From Welwitschia mirabilis (Eukaryota): 44,341 nt of DNA. This document shows positions 20,780-32,299 of the stretch, piece by piece; position 1 is the first letter of the stretch; the number at the start of each line of letters is the position of its first letter. The notes beneath the pieces are model-generated. The model was not told the DNA's origin. It ran no database searches and worked only from the letters and a program-made list of their open reading frames with translations. The translations under genes were made by a program, and so were the position numbers. The DNA is taken from assembly GCA_051453625.1 (NCBI GenBank), contig JBOZIK010000001.1, positions 3,491,563-3,535,903 of the forward strand. The letters run 5' to 3'.

Positions 20780-22945
20780 TAAACTTGAAGTTAAAAGCTA
20801 CATTTCCTAATATCTCATATTTATCTACAGTAAAAACATGAAAGTTATGATCAACATCCTAGAAAAATAACTTTATAACAAAGATTCTAAATTTTGTATA
20901 AGACTAAAGGCTAAAGATAGATCTAGAAAGGGAAATGCACATTTTGAAATAACCAATTCTAGATTCCTTTCACATTAGATGAAAGACTGAATGACCACTT
21001 CATATTATAGTGAAATTTTAAGAGCTAAAATTTAGAGAGATCAAAAGGGGATGAATTTTGGTAAATGAGGATCTTACAAAAAAGGAGTTTGCACAAAAAG
21101 CAAAGGAATGGCAAAAGAGTGGAAATAGCTTGAGCAAAAGGTAAATTGTCCTATTTGAATGTAAATTATGTTGTAGTGATAAAGATAGCTTAAAAAAGGC
21201 ATAAAGAATCTACACTATGGCTTTCTAAACATTGATGATGGTATAGCAAACAAAGCAATTGCTGTGAATAGCATCAGCTTCTTTAAAAATTTGGCATTTT
21301 TTATCTTGTAGAGACATGAAAGGATGACAACCCTATAGACTTTTAGGTTCTAGATTTCTTTAAAATCTTAGTATTTAGTTGTAGGAAAAATAAATGAAAT
21401 AGGTCTCTTAGAATCTTAGCTTGCTAATAAGAAGGAATATAAAAAGGTATGTTAACATTGAAACTATGGATACTAATAAGTATTTTTTCTAATTTAGAAT
21501 ATCTCATCAAGTAGAGGCTATTTTATAGCATTTTTATACTTTACTCCTTATGAAGCTACAATATATAATGCACCATCCCTATCTTGAGATCATCCATTTT
21601 AGTATCTAAAATTTCAAAATGACATGTTATTATTTATGTTAATTTTTATGCTGGATAGATCTGAGTCAAGTTAATTTATTAGATATGTTCTTCTTTATGA
21701 AGTTTTTAATGCAAGAAGAGGTCTCAGTCAAGTAAGTTTATTAGATTACAACATTTTAATGGATAGTGAAAAAATAAAACTAAAACAAAATGGACTACAT
21801 TCTCTTTTAATGGCATTATTAATAATATAGCATAATAATTACTCATAGAGTACCAAATTGTTGATCTTCTTATTTTGAATCAAATGACATGTTTTTTAAT
21901 TTTAGAACATATACATTTAGAGGACACAAGTGTGTAACTCATGTATTGATATCCTTTTGTCCACTCTAAGGACTACAAAATGTATATAGATTTTTCAAAT
22001 GAGAAAAGAATTTGTGAAATATCCACTTCATCCCTTGGAATTTATATGTAAATGAGATTACTACATCAAAAAAGTGGTGCTTATAAAATCCAAAATAAAC
22101 TTACAACAGAGTTGAAAGAAAACCATGAAAGTAAAGTGCAAAAATAATGGTAAGAAAAGCCATAAAATAAAATCACTGGTATAATTTTATTAGACTTAGA
22201 AAAATAAATTTTTAATATCAAATATCAATGCCTAGAGATATATGATTTAATACTAAACACAAGAATTCTAGACTAGCTATTTTAAAGAGGCAACATCATT
22301 AGAACAAAATGATGGAAAGACAAAGGCCTATAAAAGATTCATTAAAAATAATAAGAAAGCCTTCATCCTAGTCCAATAAAAACAATTTATAGATATGATC
22401 AAATGAGTACCAATGGATTTTTTAAAGCTTTTTTTAGTGTAGAAGATTAAAAAAATAATTTTCCCCCCTTTCCTAGAAATTGAAGACTTTTATAGAAAAC
22501 TATTTACATATGAAAGAGATCTAATTCATGTAGGTGCTCTTAATAATCTTATTTAATTAAATAATTGAGGAGGTTAAGGAGCTAGTTAAGTAGCTAACTA
22601 TAAGTACAGTGATGAATGCAGATGCAGTATATGCAGAAACTCCTAAAATGATGGGAAAAATATTAATTTTGTAAGAATTTGAAAATTACTTAACAAAGAT
22701 TTATAGAAAGGCTTAAATAAAATATAGATAGCTAGTAAGATTATGGTATTTTTCAAAAACTAGAATAGAATAGGCTTAAATATCTATAGACTTATTATTA
22801 TTAGAAAGATCTTTGCTAAATTATTAATCACCATTTTAGAAAAAAGTCTTAACAAATAAATAGAGGATAATATGTTAAGAGCTATGTTGCAAGTAGGACT
22901 TTGACAAGATCACTTTACCATTGATCTCTTGATTAATCTTAGATA
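20780..22945 (+). mobile_element. Degenerate two-ORF non-LTR retrotransposon (ORF1, AP endonuclease, N-terminal RT), RTEX-like, truncated in RT
   Basis: ORF1 relics IIVKF and VNEDLTKKE (21061). Endonuclease relics IAFLYFTP (21525) and LLYEVFNARRG (about 21690-21720, cf. GDFNAR). RT relic from 22564: IEEVKELVK...NADAVYAETPK, then SKIMVFFKN*NRIGLNIYRLIIIRKIFAKLLITILEKSLNK*IEDNMLRAMLQVGL*QDHFTIDLLINLR. Confidence 0.75.
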
Positions 22946-24430
22946 TTGCATTATCAGTGAAGGTTGGATCTCTTCATAAGCTGATTACATCAATTCATAA
23001 GTTATTGAAATAGTTCATTATTGAACTTAATAAGTTAGATAATTGTTAAACTTCATAGTGAAATTAGAGTGAAAGAGGGCTGTCTAATTTTTTCTTTTTT
23101 ATTACAAATTTTCATAGTTAGAAAAATGGCTATAAATGCCTATGAAACATTTGTTTTAAATTAGCAATTTCCTTGTTAATCTCCTCCTCTTTATTGATAA
23201 TGTAACACATTTATAAAAGGAATGCAACACATGCTATAGGTGTTATATGATTTTCATATAACTAATGATATAAAGATAAATTTTTGCAAAACCAAGATTC
23301 TATATTGTGGTACTAGAAACATTGATATGAATTCAAGTTCCATAATAAAAACATTAAAATAGTAACTTTTATTTGGATATTCATTTCTCCCACAACTACA
23401 AGTAGGACAAGTGTGTCTATGAAATAAAAGGTTAACAAGTCTTGTGTATCTATAAAATAAATGAAAATGAATAGGGATTTGGGCTTGAAAAGCGAAAAAT
23501 AATTGTTTCAAACAATTGTTAAACTAGTAATACTCTATGAATATTTAGTATGGGGACTAGGCTTGATTTTTTAAAAAAAAAAGTGTGGAAGCAACTTGAA
23601 TTAATCCAAAACAATTTATAACTTTTGATTTTTAGGTTAATTAATCCCTTACCATATTCTATTATTTGAAGTAAGCATACTTTCACTGGAATATAAATAA
23701 ATTTACTAGTTAATTTCTTATGTATCAACAATAAAGAATACACTAGTTATAAAACTTTCAAAAGTAATCTTAGAAGCTACTTAAGATAAAGGATGGTTCT
23801 ATGAAGAAAATGAATGAATGAAATAATGGAACATTAAGTTAGAGCATGTTCAACATCCCATGGATCTTTTTCTAGATGTAATAAAATATCAAATTTAGTT
23901 TTAGTTTCAGAAATTACTAGAGAATTTAGAAGTCTAATTTCAAAAATTTTAAGTAATCGTACAAGAAAAGAAAACATGCTTAAAATAATTATTTACATCA
24001 TGAAAAGGATATTTTAAATAAGTAAATCCAAAATACTCAAGATTAATGAATGAATTTTCAACCCCTCCCCTCAAAACCAAACTCCTCTTCCCTTCCCTTA
24101 TCCCTTCACCACCTCAAAAAAAAAAAAAAAAAAAAAAAAAGGAAAAAAAAAGGAGAGAGAGAAAGAAAGGAAAAAGAAGAAGAAATTGTTTTTTGTGGAA
24201 ACATTAAACATTTTAAAATATATTTCATTCTCTACTTTTAAAAACTAGAAGTTCCTCCAATATTCCATTATTTCATTTAGATTTCTCATGAATCATTTTA
24301 TTTTTATCAATAACATCATACGAAATCTTTGTTTGAAAGGGAAAAATATGTCTTTCATTGGTATAAAAGATATCTAATTGTTGCTTCTTGCAAATTTTTA
24401 TCCACCTTAGATAGTTTATCTAATCCTTCT

Positions 24431-24611
24431 TCCTAAGGTTTGTATGTGCATTGTAGTCATATTCCTAAAGAAATGTGTGAACCTTAATGAAATCATAATG
24501 GTATGCTTGCCTCTAAAAGAAAGCTCTTCATTATAATAAGTGAATATAAAGAAATAAATATTTTACTTAGGAATTTTCTTACTCATGATTCTAACTTTTT
24601 ATTTCCCAACA
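24431..24611 (+). repeat. Copia 5' LTR (181 bp)
   Basis: By hand, 109 of the first 140 positions are identical to the 3' LTR. It ends CAACA and is followed by the PBS. Confidence 0.9.
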
Positions 24612-25879
24612 ATTATATCAGAACCCAAGCTACCTTGCATGTCTTGTATACTTAGCATACCATTTTTATATGTTTGGATTTGGGTTTTTACCTATATTTA
24701 TTTGTAGATGTTTTATTTTGGAAATTTTTTTAAGATGTATTTATAGTTTTTATCTTTTATTGTTACAAGTTTCTTTGCATATTATTGCAAATAACAAACA
24801 CACTGTAAAAAGCTACAGAAGCAAATGTTATTTTTAGAATACTTGAAGCCACTGCTTGTCAGTATTTATGCTCATATGAGATTGAGGAGGAGAGGTTTCT
24901 GTTCATAACTCTAAGAAGGTTGCACTAAAATTTTGGTATATCTATAACATGTAATACTAAATCTATGGTCTTTACCTTTAGTTTATTAATTTTTCTACAT
25001 GTTTTAAAAACTAGTAGTTATGAGCTATGATTTTTATTTAATCATTTATCATGCCTCTTACCCTTTCACATGCAGGACGTATTTCCATATTATTTGTTGC
25101 ACTCTATGCCTTCCAATGGTTATGTTTAGCACACCACCTAGTACTACCCACATCCCTATTATTGCCGGTTTAGACCCACTCAGCATCCATCAAGGACATA
25201 GACTTCTCTCATTTTACTCCCTATTAAAGCGGTTACTCTATCTTAATGCTATCACACATTGCTCGTAGAGGCATCCTTCTACCTATGTTGGCATATGCTA
25301 GTGACCTTCTTAAACTTACTTTCAGTCATTTACCATCTTTGTGTATGATAGTCTATTTTCATAATGCTGCATTGTGGTGATTTTGATTCAGAGTTGTAAG
25401 TGCTCCCGATTTTTGTGGCATTGTTTTGGTGCCCACTTACAACTTTACAACTTTGGAATTATAAATCAATGGCCTTCTTTTGAAGCATTTTCCTTACTAT
25501 TATTCATTATTTGAAAGCACTGGACTTGTAATGAAGTGGTCATAAGCTCAGGCTGCACCCTAGGAAAAGTGGCCAAAGAGAAGAACAGTTAGCTAAGAAT
25601 GGAGCAGAATAGAGGATGAATTCAAATTTGTAGCTTCACCTCTATACATGTTTTTTGCATTGAATGTTTAGCTTATTTTCTTAGCTAGTTATTTTTATTT
25701 TCTACACACATGTGAAATTGCCTAGCTTTGGGCCTTTTTTTCTATTTCTTTATGCATACATGTTTTTATTAAGCCCTTTCTCAACCATTACTTAGTTTCG
25801 TACACATGCAACTTAGCTATAAGTTGTCTATTTTTTATCTCTATTCTGTGCAAATGCACAGTTTTATGCATTTCTTTAT

Positions 25880-26160
25880 TTTTTGAGCATTTTAAAGTAT
25901 TTTTCAAGTTTTTTTGGGTATTTTTCAATCTTGTAAATTAAATACTCACTTTTTATCATCAAATCAAGTTGAAATGTTGAGCAACATCCCTTAATTTGAT
26001 GTTTAAATCTTTGTTTCTTAGTTTTCAAGCTTTTATTTTTCTCTCTTATTGAGTTTTTCTTGAGATTTTTAGCATTTTTTAGTTTTGTTATCCAAATCTC
26101 TTTCATCAAGTTAACTTGGGATGTGGAGCAAGATCCCTTGACTTGATTTTTATTTTTATT
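25880..26160. repeat. Diverged tandem duplication of about 145 bp in the copia 5' internal region
   Basis: ATGTTGAGCAACATCCCTTAATTTGAT (about 25974) versus ATGTGGAGCAAGATCCCTTGACTTGAT (26121). The repeat is also visible in ORF 25876-26190 (QVKGSCSTSQVNLM / QIKGCCSTFQLDLM). Confidence 0.7.
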
Positions 26161-27070
26161 AGATCTATTTTTGTAATTTGAATAGAACAAGTTAAGTTAG
26201 ATGGTGAGTAGGATCTACTTAGCTTAACTATACCATAATAAGTAACTTTTTCTTTTGTGTTTTTGATCTTTTACCTCCTCTTTTCACACTCAACAATTTT
26301 ATTAATCCTATTTAAGTTAAGTAATAAAAAAAAATTACCTTTCACACCTTAAACATTTAATATTTTTTTTTTACTAGCTATAAATTTTTGTTGGTGGTGG
26401 CTATAGGGGTTACGTAGTATTAGCTACCTTAACTATGAAGTTCAAGCTATATGAAGAGCCATGTCTCTTTTAAGTGAAAATGTCCTAGGTATTTCAAGAT
26501 TTATATTATTATATACACCCCCCTATAGTGGGGCTCCTACCAACACATCCAACACGTGCTAAGGGCACTCCCACACTTGCACAATGCACGACTGGTTATT
26601 CTACCACCATATGTATAATCAAGGTTATATTGCATGAAGGCTAGAGGCACAGTGGGAGGGTACACTTGGATTTCATTATTGAGGTACATAGGTTTAATAA
26701 ATATTAAAATTTACTAAGGTATAAATAGATATCAACATTATATGGTACTCTTTCTTAAGGAGAGTATAAAGCTAAGGTAAGAAAAACTAGTTGATGATTT
26801 AAAAGCCCCATTGATGTGATTTACATTTTGTCCTTTTAAAATATTTGGAGATAAGGGTACTATATTTGGAGAGAACATGATGACAACCCAGATTTGGAAG
26901 TAGAATTTAAAAGTAATTACTTTTATCTAATAATTAATTTAGATTCCTTGCATTAAAATCTACCTTACTTACATTAATAAATTTTAGATAACATACCCTT
27001 GTTTTTCTTTCTTGTGCACATAGGTTTTCATTAGTTGGAAGGAACTTCTTGATTCTAACACTTTATATTT

Positions 27071-27330
27071 TGGATAAATCACTCGATTTGTGGACATAAT
27101 TACCTTTTATTATGACTATACCTCTCAATAGTGACATTTTATCCCTTTGCTTTAGTTACATTGTGACTTGGATAAATTACTTAAAATTGTGGATGAGAGT
27201 GAGATCCCTCTTCTTATGAATATACCATCTATTTTTCTTTATCCATTTTTGGATTTGATAAGATTTCTTTGTGTGATGGATAGATCACTTTTAGTTATGA
27301 ATGTTAGCAAGATCCCTATGATTCTCAACT
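27071..27330. repeat. Three diverged tandem units of about 100 bp upstream of copia gag
   Basis: TGGATAAATCACT (27071), TGGATAAATTACT (27169) and TGGATAGATCACT (27277). The last two are followed by AGATCCCT. Confidence 0.7.
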
Positions 27331-27459
27331 TTACCTCATAGCTTCTCAACTGTTTTTTAGTTTTCATTCTCTTTTCATCATGGAATATTCATCATCATAT
27401 TCAAAGGGTAAGTTTTAGTATTACTAGAGCCATTCATGCTCATACTCATCACTAGGATC

Positions 27460-30400
27460 ATGGCCAACATCAGGGTTACTCTTCAAGATGATCAGTCATG
27501 GAAGGTTTGATATGAGTATTTTATATTAACCATGTGAATTTATGATTATAAGAAGGAATTATTGAGACATGCTCATATATCTCTTCAGGATTAGGCTAAA
27601 GAAGCTACTTGGTAAGATATTGGTAAAAAATTTACAAACATTTTATGAAAATCTATCACCTAGTAATATAAGAAGTTGGTTAGCTAAACCAAAATAAGCT
27701 ATACCAACTTTTATATCTTGAGGGACACATGCTACTTCAAGAATGACATAGAGATTCTTAATCTTCTAACTCACATGAATAATTTACATTATGAAAAGGG
27801 AAATATAAGATAATTAATTACATAGATGTAAAATATTAAGGAAAAAACAGTAGAAATTGACTCACAAAGATACATTTGCATTTCTTATGCCAACTTGATT
27901 CACTATTATTTGGAAGAACCCTCTTTGCGTAGTTACATTATGTTGCTTTATGGAAATAAGAAATTAAATAATATGGCTTTTAATATTTTTAGTAAGGATA
28001 TCATTTCTATTGAAGCTCAGTTTGACTTCATAGGATCTTCTTCCTCTAATGTCACACGCAAAGTTTCTAATTCTCATGGTTCTCCTTATCAAAATAAATA
28101 GTTTGCTAGCAAATTCCATTTACAAAAGGGAATGCATAACGATAAGGAAAGAATCCATAAAAATAGTAAGACAAGAAGCTAAATCAAGATCAACAAAATA
28201 AGAATCAAGTTTAGAATATTGTCACACCTAAGAAGAACAAGCATCAGTGCTCACAATGTGGAAGACAAGATCATACTACTAACTTCTGCAGGATTCCTTA
28301 AGAAAAGATAAAGTTTACACCTAAGGTACATGTAGTTATTGAAAAATCTGATTTCCTTAATGATGCTAAAAATTTTGAATTTAATATAGTATGCGTAAGC
28401 ACATACCTCATGATGAGATGTACAATCTTAACATAGGTGCAACTCATCACGTGACTTATCAGTGTGATTGTTTTGATGACTTTGTTAAATTACTAAGTCA
28501 TGTTTATTTGATAGATAAAACATTAGTTCCTATAGAAGACTATGAATTGATTACCCTTGACTTAACATTACTCTCTTTACAAACTATTTCACATGTTTTG
28601 TATGTTCCTTCTTTGAGGTTTCATCTTCTATTTCTTTTAACTTTGTTACAAGAAGATTAATCTTTTTTTATGATAAAGAACTATGTGGATATTTATAATA
28701 ATAATCAATGACTAGTCATGAAAGTCTACATGAATGATAAGATTGCTTATTTTTATTATTGTTTTAAAATGTAGAAAATCACTTGTACAATTTTCTAAGA
28801 TGAGATTTCTCCCTTATTACTATAGCATACTCTACTAGGACATCCTACTTGTCATATAATGAATGCAATACATGAGAATGACCACTATCATTTTCCATTC
28901 TTTCCATTATATTTTTCTCAGTGTAAAACATGTATTGTGGATAAAGAAACTAGATAGTAGTTTTCATCAAGTAAATAACATGCCAATCAAAAACTTTTGC
29001 TTGTTCACAATGACCTATGTGGACCTATGCTAGTTTTTACTTTTCATGAATTTTATTACTTTATATTCTTTATTGCTAACTATTCCCAGATGGCTTAGGT
29101 ATACTTCATCAAATCCAAATTATAAACTTTGAATATTTTTAAAAAGTTTAAAACTAATATGAAGAAGCAAGCTGACTGTAAGATTAAAAGTTTTCAATTA
29201 GATAATAAGGGTTAAGTACACATCTACTAAGTTCAAGGACTTTTTCATTTATAAAGGAATTTGAAATTTTAAGACCTGCTTAAGGACACCCCAATAAAAT
29301 GTCATTGTTAAGTGATTTAATCTTACTACCATGAACATGATGCATTCTATAATGTATTTCAGTGGTTGTAAGACCTATCTTTAGGATAAAGTAGTTAACA
29401 TAGTAGTACATATCAATAATCATATTCATTGATATACTAAAAAATGAGTATCTCCAACTAAAAAGTGGTATGTATAGAAGTTAAATTTGAATCATTTTCA
29501 TGTTTTTGGTTACAAGTGCTACATCCATAGCCTAAGTAAACATTGTGACAAATTTGAAGCACATGCTTACATTGGAATCTTTGTGGAATATCCAACTAAC
29601 CTAAAGGGATATCAAGTGTATTTCCTAGAGCATTTCAAGATCATGATTTCTTATGAATTCATCTTCAAAAAGACTTTAAACAATGATTCTCAACTTGAAC
29701 CTTTCAATTCTTGTCCTTCCTCTAACTGAGTGATCATATGGAATGATCAATATTCTATGTTCAAGGGGTGAGATGTGGATGCCAGTAATTCTTTAGTTCC
29801 TTCTATTGGTATGTCTACTTTGAAAACTATAGGAATTAAGAAATTTTGTGCTTCTAGCATGATAAGTCCTAGTTTCAATAGTAATTTAGCAGGATTTCTA
29901 ACTAAAGAAGTTGATACTACCTAGAGATAACATTGAAGTACTTAGTTATATTCTATCCTTTAAAATTTTCATGATGATGAGAAGGGTAAAATTGGAACTA
30001 GATATGGATCATATATATCTCATGATGATGATGATGAGCTCCACTTGATCTTTAATGGTAAATCAATCTCATTTAAAAATGTTATTCAACATGATTATTG
30101 GGTAAAAGCCATGCAAGAACAATATGATAATCTTATTGAAAATGGTCCTTGGAAGTTTGTATCACTTCCATTAGGATGCACAAAATTATCTAATAAATGT
30201 ATTTTCTATAACAAATATAATGTAGGTAATACCCCTAAGCAACATAAAGTTTAGCTTGTTACTATAGGCCCATGATAGAAGAAAGGATTTAATTACAATA
30301 AATCCTTCACTATAATAGGAAAATGGGCTATCATTAGAATAGTGATCACTTAGTAGCATAAAAGAAATGGAAGATTCATCAATTAGACATAAAGTCTACC

Positions 30401-31570
30401 TTTATTCATGGAGATTTGAAAGAAGAAATCTACATGATGCAACTGAAGGGGTTTGAAGAAAAAGGCAAAGAACATAAGGTGTGTATATTGACCAATTCTC
30501 TACATGGAATAAAACAAGCACCAAGAGATTGGTACACTAATCTTGCAAATTATTTAAGTTCCATTGGATTCAAATTATGTGAATATCAAGATGTGGATGC
30601 CACAATATTCATAAAGTCTGATGAACATAAATATAAACACATAATGGTATATGCAGATGATACGTTGATAACTAGAAGTGCTAAAGAAGATAAAAAAGGA
30701 ATAAATATTATCTTAATTAAGGAATTTAATATTTTTGATCTCAGATTCACCAGGTTCTATGTATGTGTAAAACTTATTTGGTAAAAGTATGGAATGTTCC
30801 TAATACAAAATAAGTACATTAAAGATATACTTTAAAATTTTGGACTAAAGAATGCAAAAGAAGCTGTAACACCTTTAGAGAGTGATACATAGATATTTGA
30901 TAATGAAGACTTATGACCTACAAATAAAACTAAATAAAGAAGAATAGTGGAAAGGATAATTTATGCAAGTAATACTAGACTAAACATATCATATGTTATT
31001 GATGTACTATCAAGATATTTTCATGCATCTAAGGTAACTCACCTAAACATTGCAAAAAGAGTACTAAGATATCTAAAGAAGATTAAAGATTTAGATATAA
31101 CATATAAAATAAACTCTAAATTCATTTTGAAGGAATACTCTAATTTTGATTTCATTAGAGAAACTAATACCTCATTAACAACATTAAGGTATATTATGTT
31201 CTTAGAAACATCACCCTTACCTTAGTAGTTAAAGCTTAAAAAAACATAATATGATCTTCTATTAAGGTAGAATATACAACTACTTTTAAGGCATGTAGGA
31301 AAATTGAATGGATGAGAAAATTATTAAAAGTAGTAAACTTAAAATAGACTAAGGCAACAAAGATATTCATTGGTAATCAGTTAATAATTTGTATAACAGA
31401 ATCTCCAATGCACTATGATAGATAAAACACTTTTGTATTAGAGTTCATAAAACTAGGAAACTTTATAAAATAACTTAGTATGCCTATATACTATCCAACC
31501 ACAGAGCAAACTACTAATATCTACTTGGTCAAGAGAAGTTCTAGCACTTTGAATTCAAAATTGGATTGAC
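27460..31570 (+). pseudogene. Copia gag-pol pseudogene
   Basis: Zinc knuckle CSQCGRQDHTTNFC (28248-28289); protease YNLNIGATHHVT; integrase LVHNDLCGPM and HFHVFGYKCY; RT WVKAMQEQYDNLIENGPW, EEIYMMQLKGF, SLHGIKQAPRDW and VYADD; RNase H region after ILKEYSNFDF. Many stops and frameshifts. Confidence 0.95.
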
Positions 31571-31929
31571 AATGAGTTGATTTAAACTTATTTTTATCTT
31601 ATACATTATGGGATTTATTTGGAATTTGAGTCTCTATTCAAAGTCACTAGTGATCCTAGTACTATAGGATATGTACTATAATTTTGACTTAGTATAAGGA
31701 GATGTGTAGTACATTTTTCTCTTAGCATTATAGGATGTGTAATTCACATGATAGTCTTATGTGCTATGGGATGTGTAGCAATAATTGACTACTTCTTTAA
31801 CAAATTAGTTTTCTCATATGATAACTCCTTTAAGAAGGTTTTATTGTATGCCACATTCCTAATGTTTTTTTTTTTGGGTACTTTAGATTTCCCTTGGAAG
31901 AGAGCATATTTTTGCGTTAAGGGGCAAAT

Positions 31930-32106
31930 TGCTAAGGCTTGTATGTGCATCATGGTCATACACCTAAAGGAACATGGAAACCCTAGTAAGACCCTAATGA
32001 TGTGCTTGACTTTAAGAGTAAGCTCTTTATTGTAATAAGTGAATATGGAGAAATAAAGATTTTATTTGGGATTTTTTTTATGATTCTTGCTTTTTATTTT
32101 TTAATA
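31930..32106 (+). repeat. Copia 3' LTR (177 bp)
   Basis: Starts TG after the PPT and ends TAATA (decayed CAACA). Confidence 0.9.
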
Positions 32107-32299
32107 CTTTTATTACCTTATGAAAAGTTTTATTTCAAGATTTTTTAAAACAATAAACATTAAGTGCTTTTATCTAAGTTAACTATCTTTCATGCAAGTC
32201 ATGATTAAAAAAATTAAAGTTTAGCCTAATTTTCTCTAAGATAAATACAATCTATGTGAAAGAATAGGCCAACTAATTCCATTAAATGGAATAAAAATA

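Larger units (their letters stand above)
24431..32106 (+). mobile_element. Structurally complete but dead Ty1/copia LTR retrotransposon (7.7 kb)
   Basis: LTRs at 24431-24611 and 31930-32106. Decayed tRNA-Met PBS TTATATCAGAACC (24613-24625), PPT TAAGGGGCAAAT before 31930, and TSD CTTCT/CTTTT. Domain order is gag-PR-INT-RT-RH. Confidence 0.92.

Noticed and set aside
24050..24241. Poly-Lys ORF
   Set aside because: Translation of a poly(A)/purine tract; low complexity.
31660..31790. Short periodic repeats here (and at 8453 and 27071) as CRISPR-like arrays
   Set aside because: The units are degenerate tandem repeats inside plant retrotransposons, with no conserved repeat/unique spacer structure and no cas genes.
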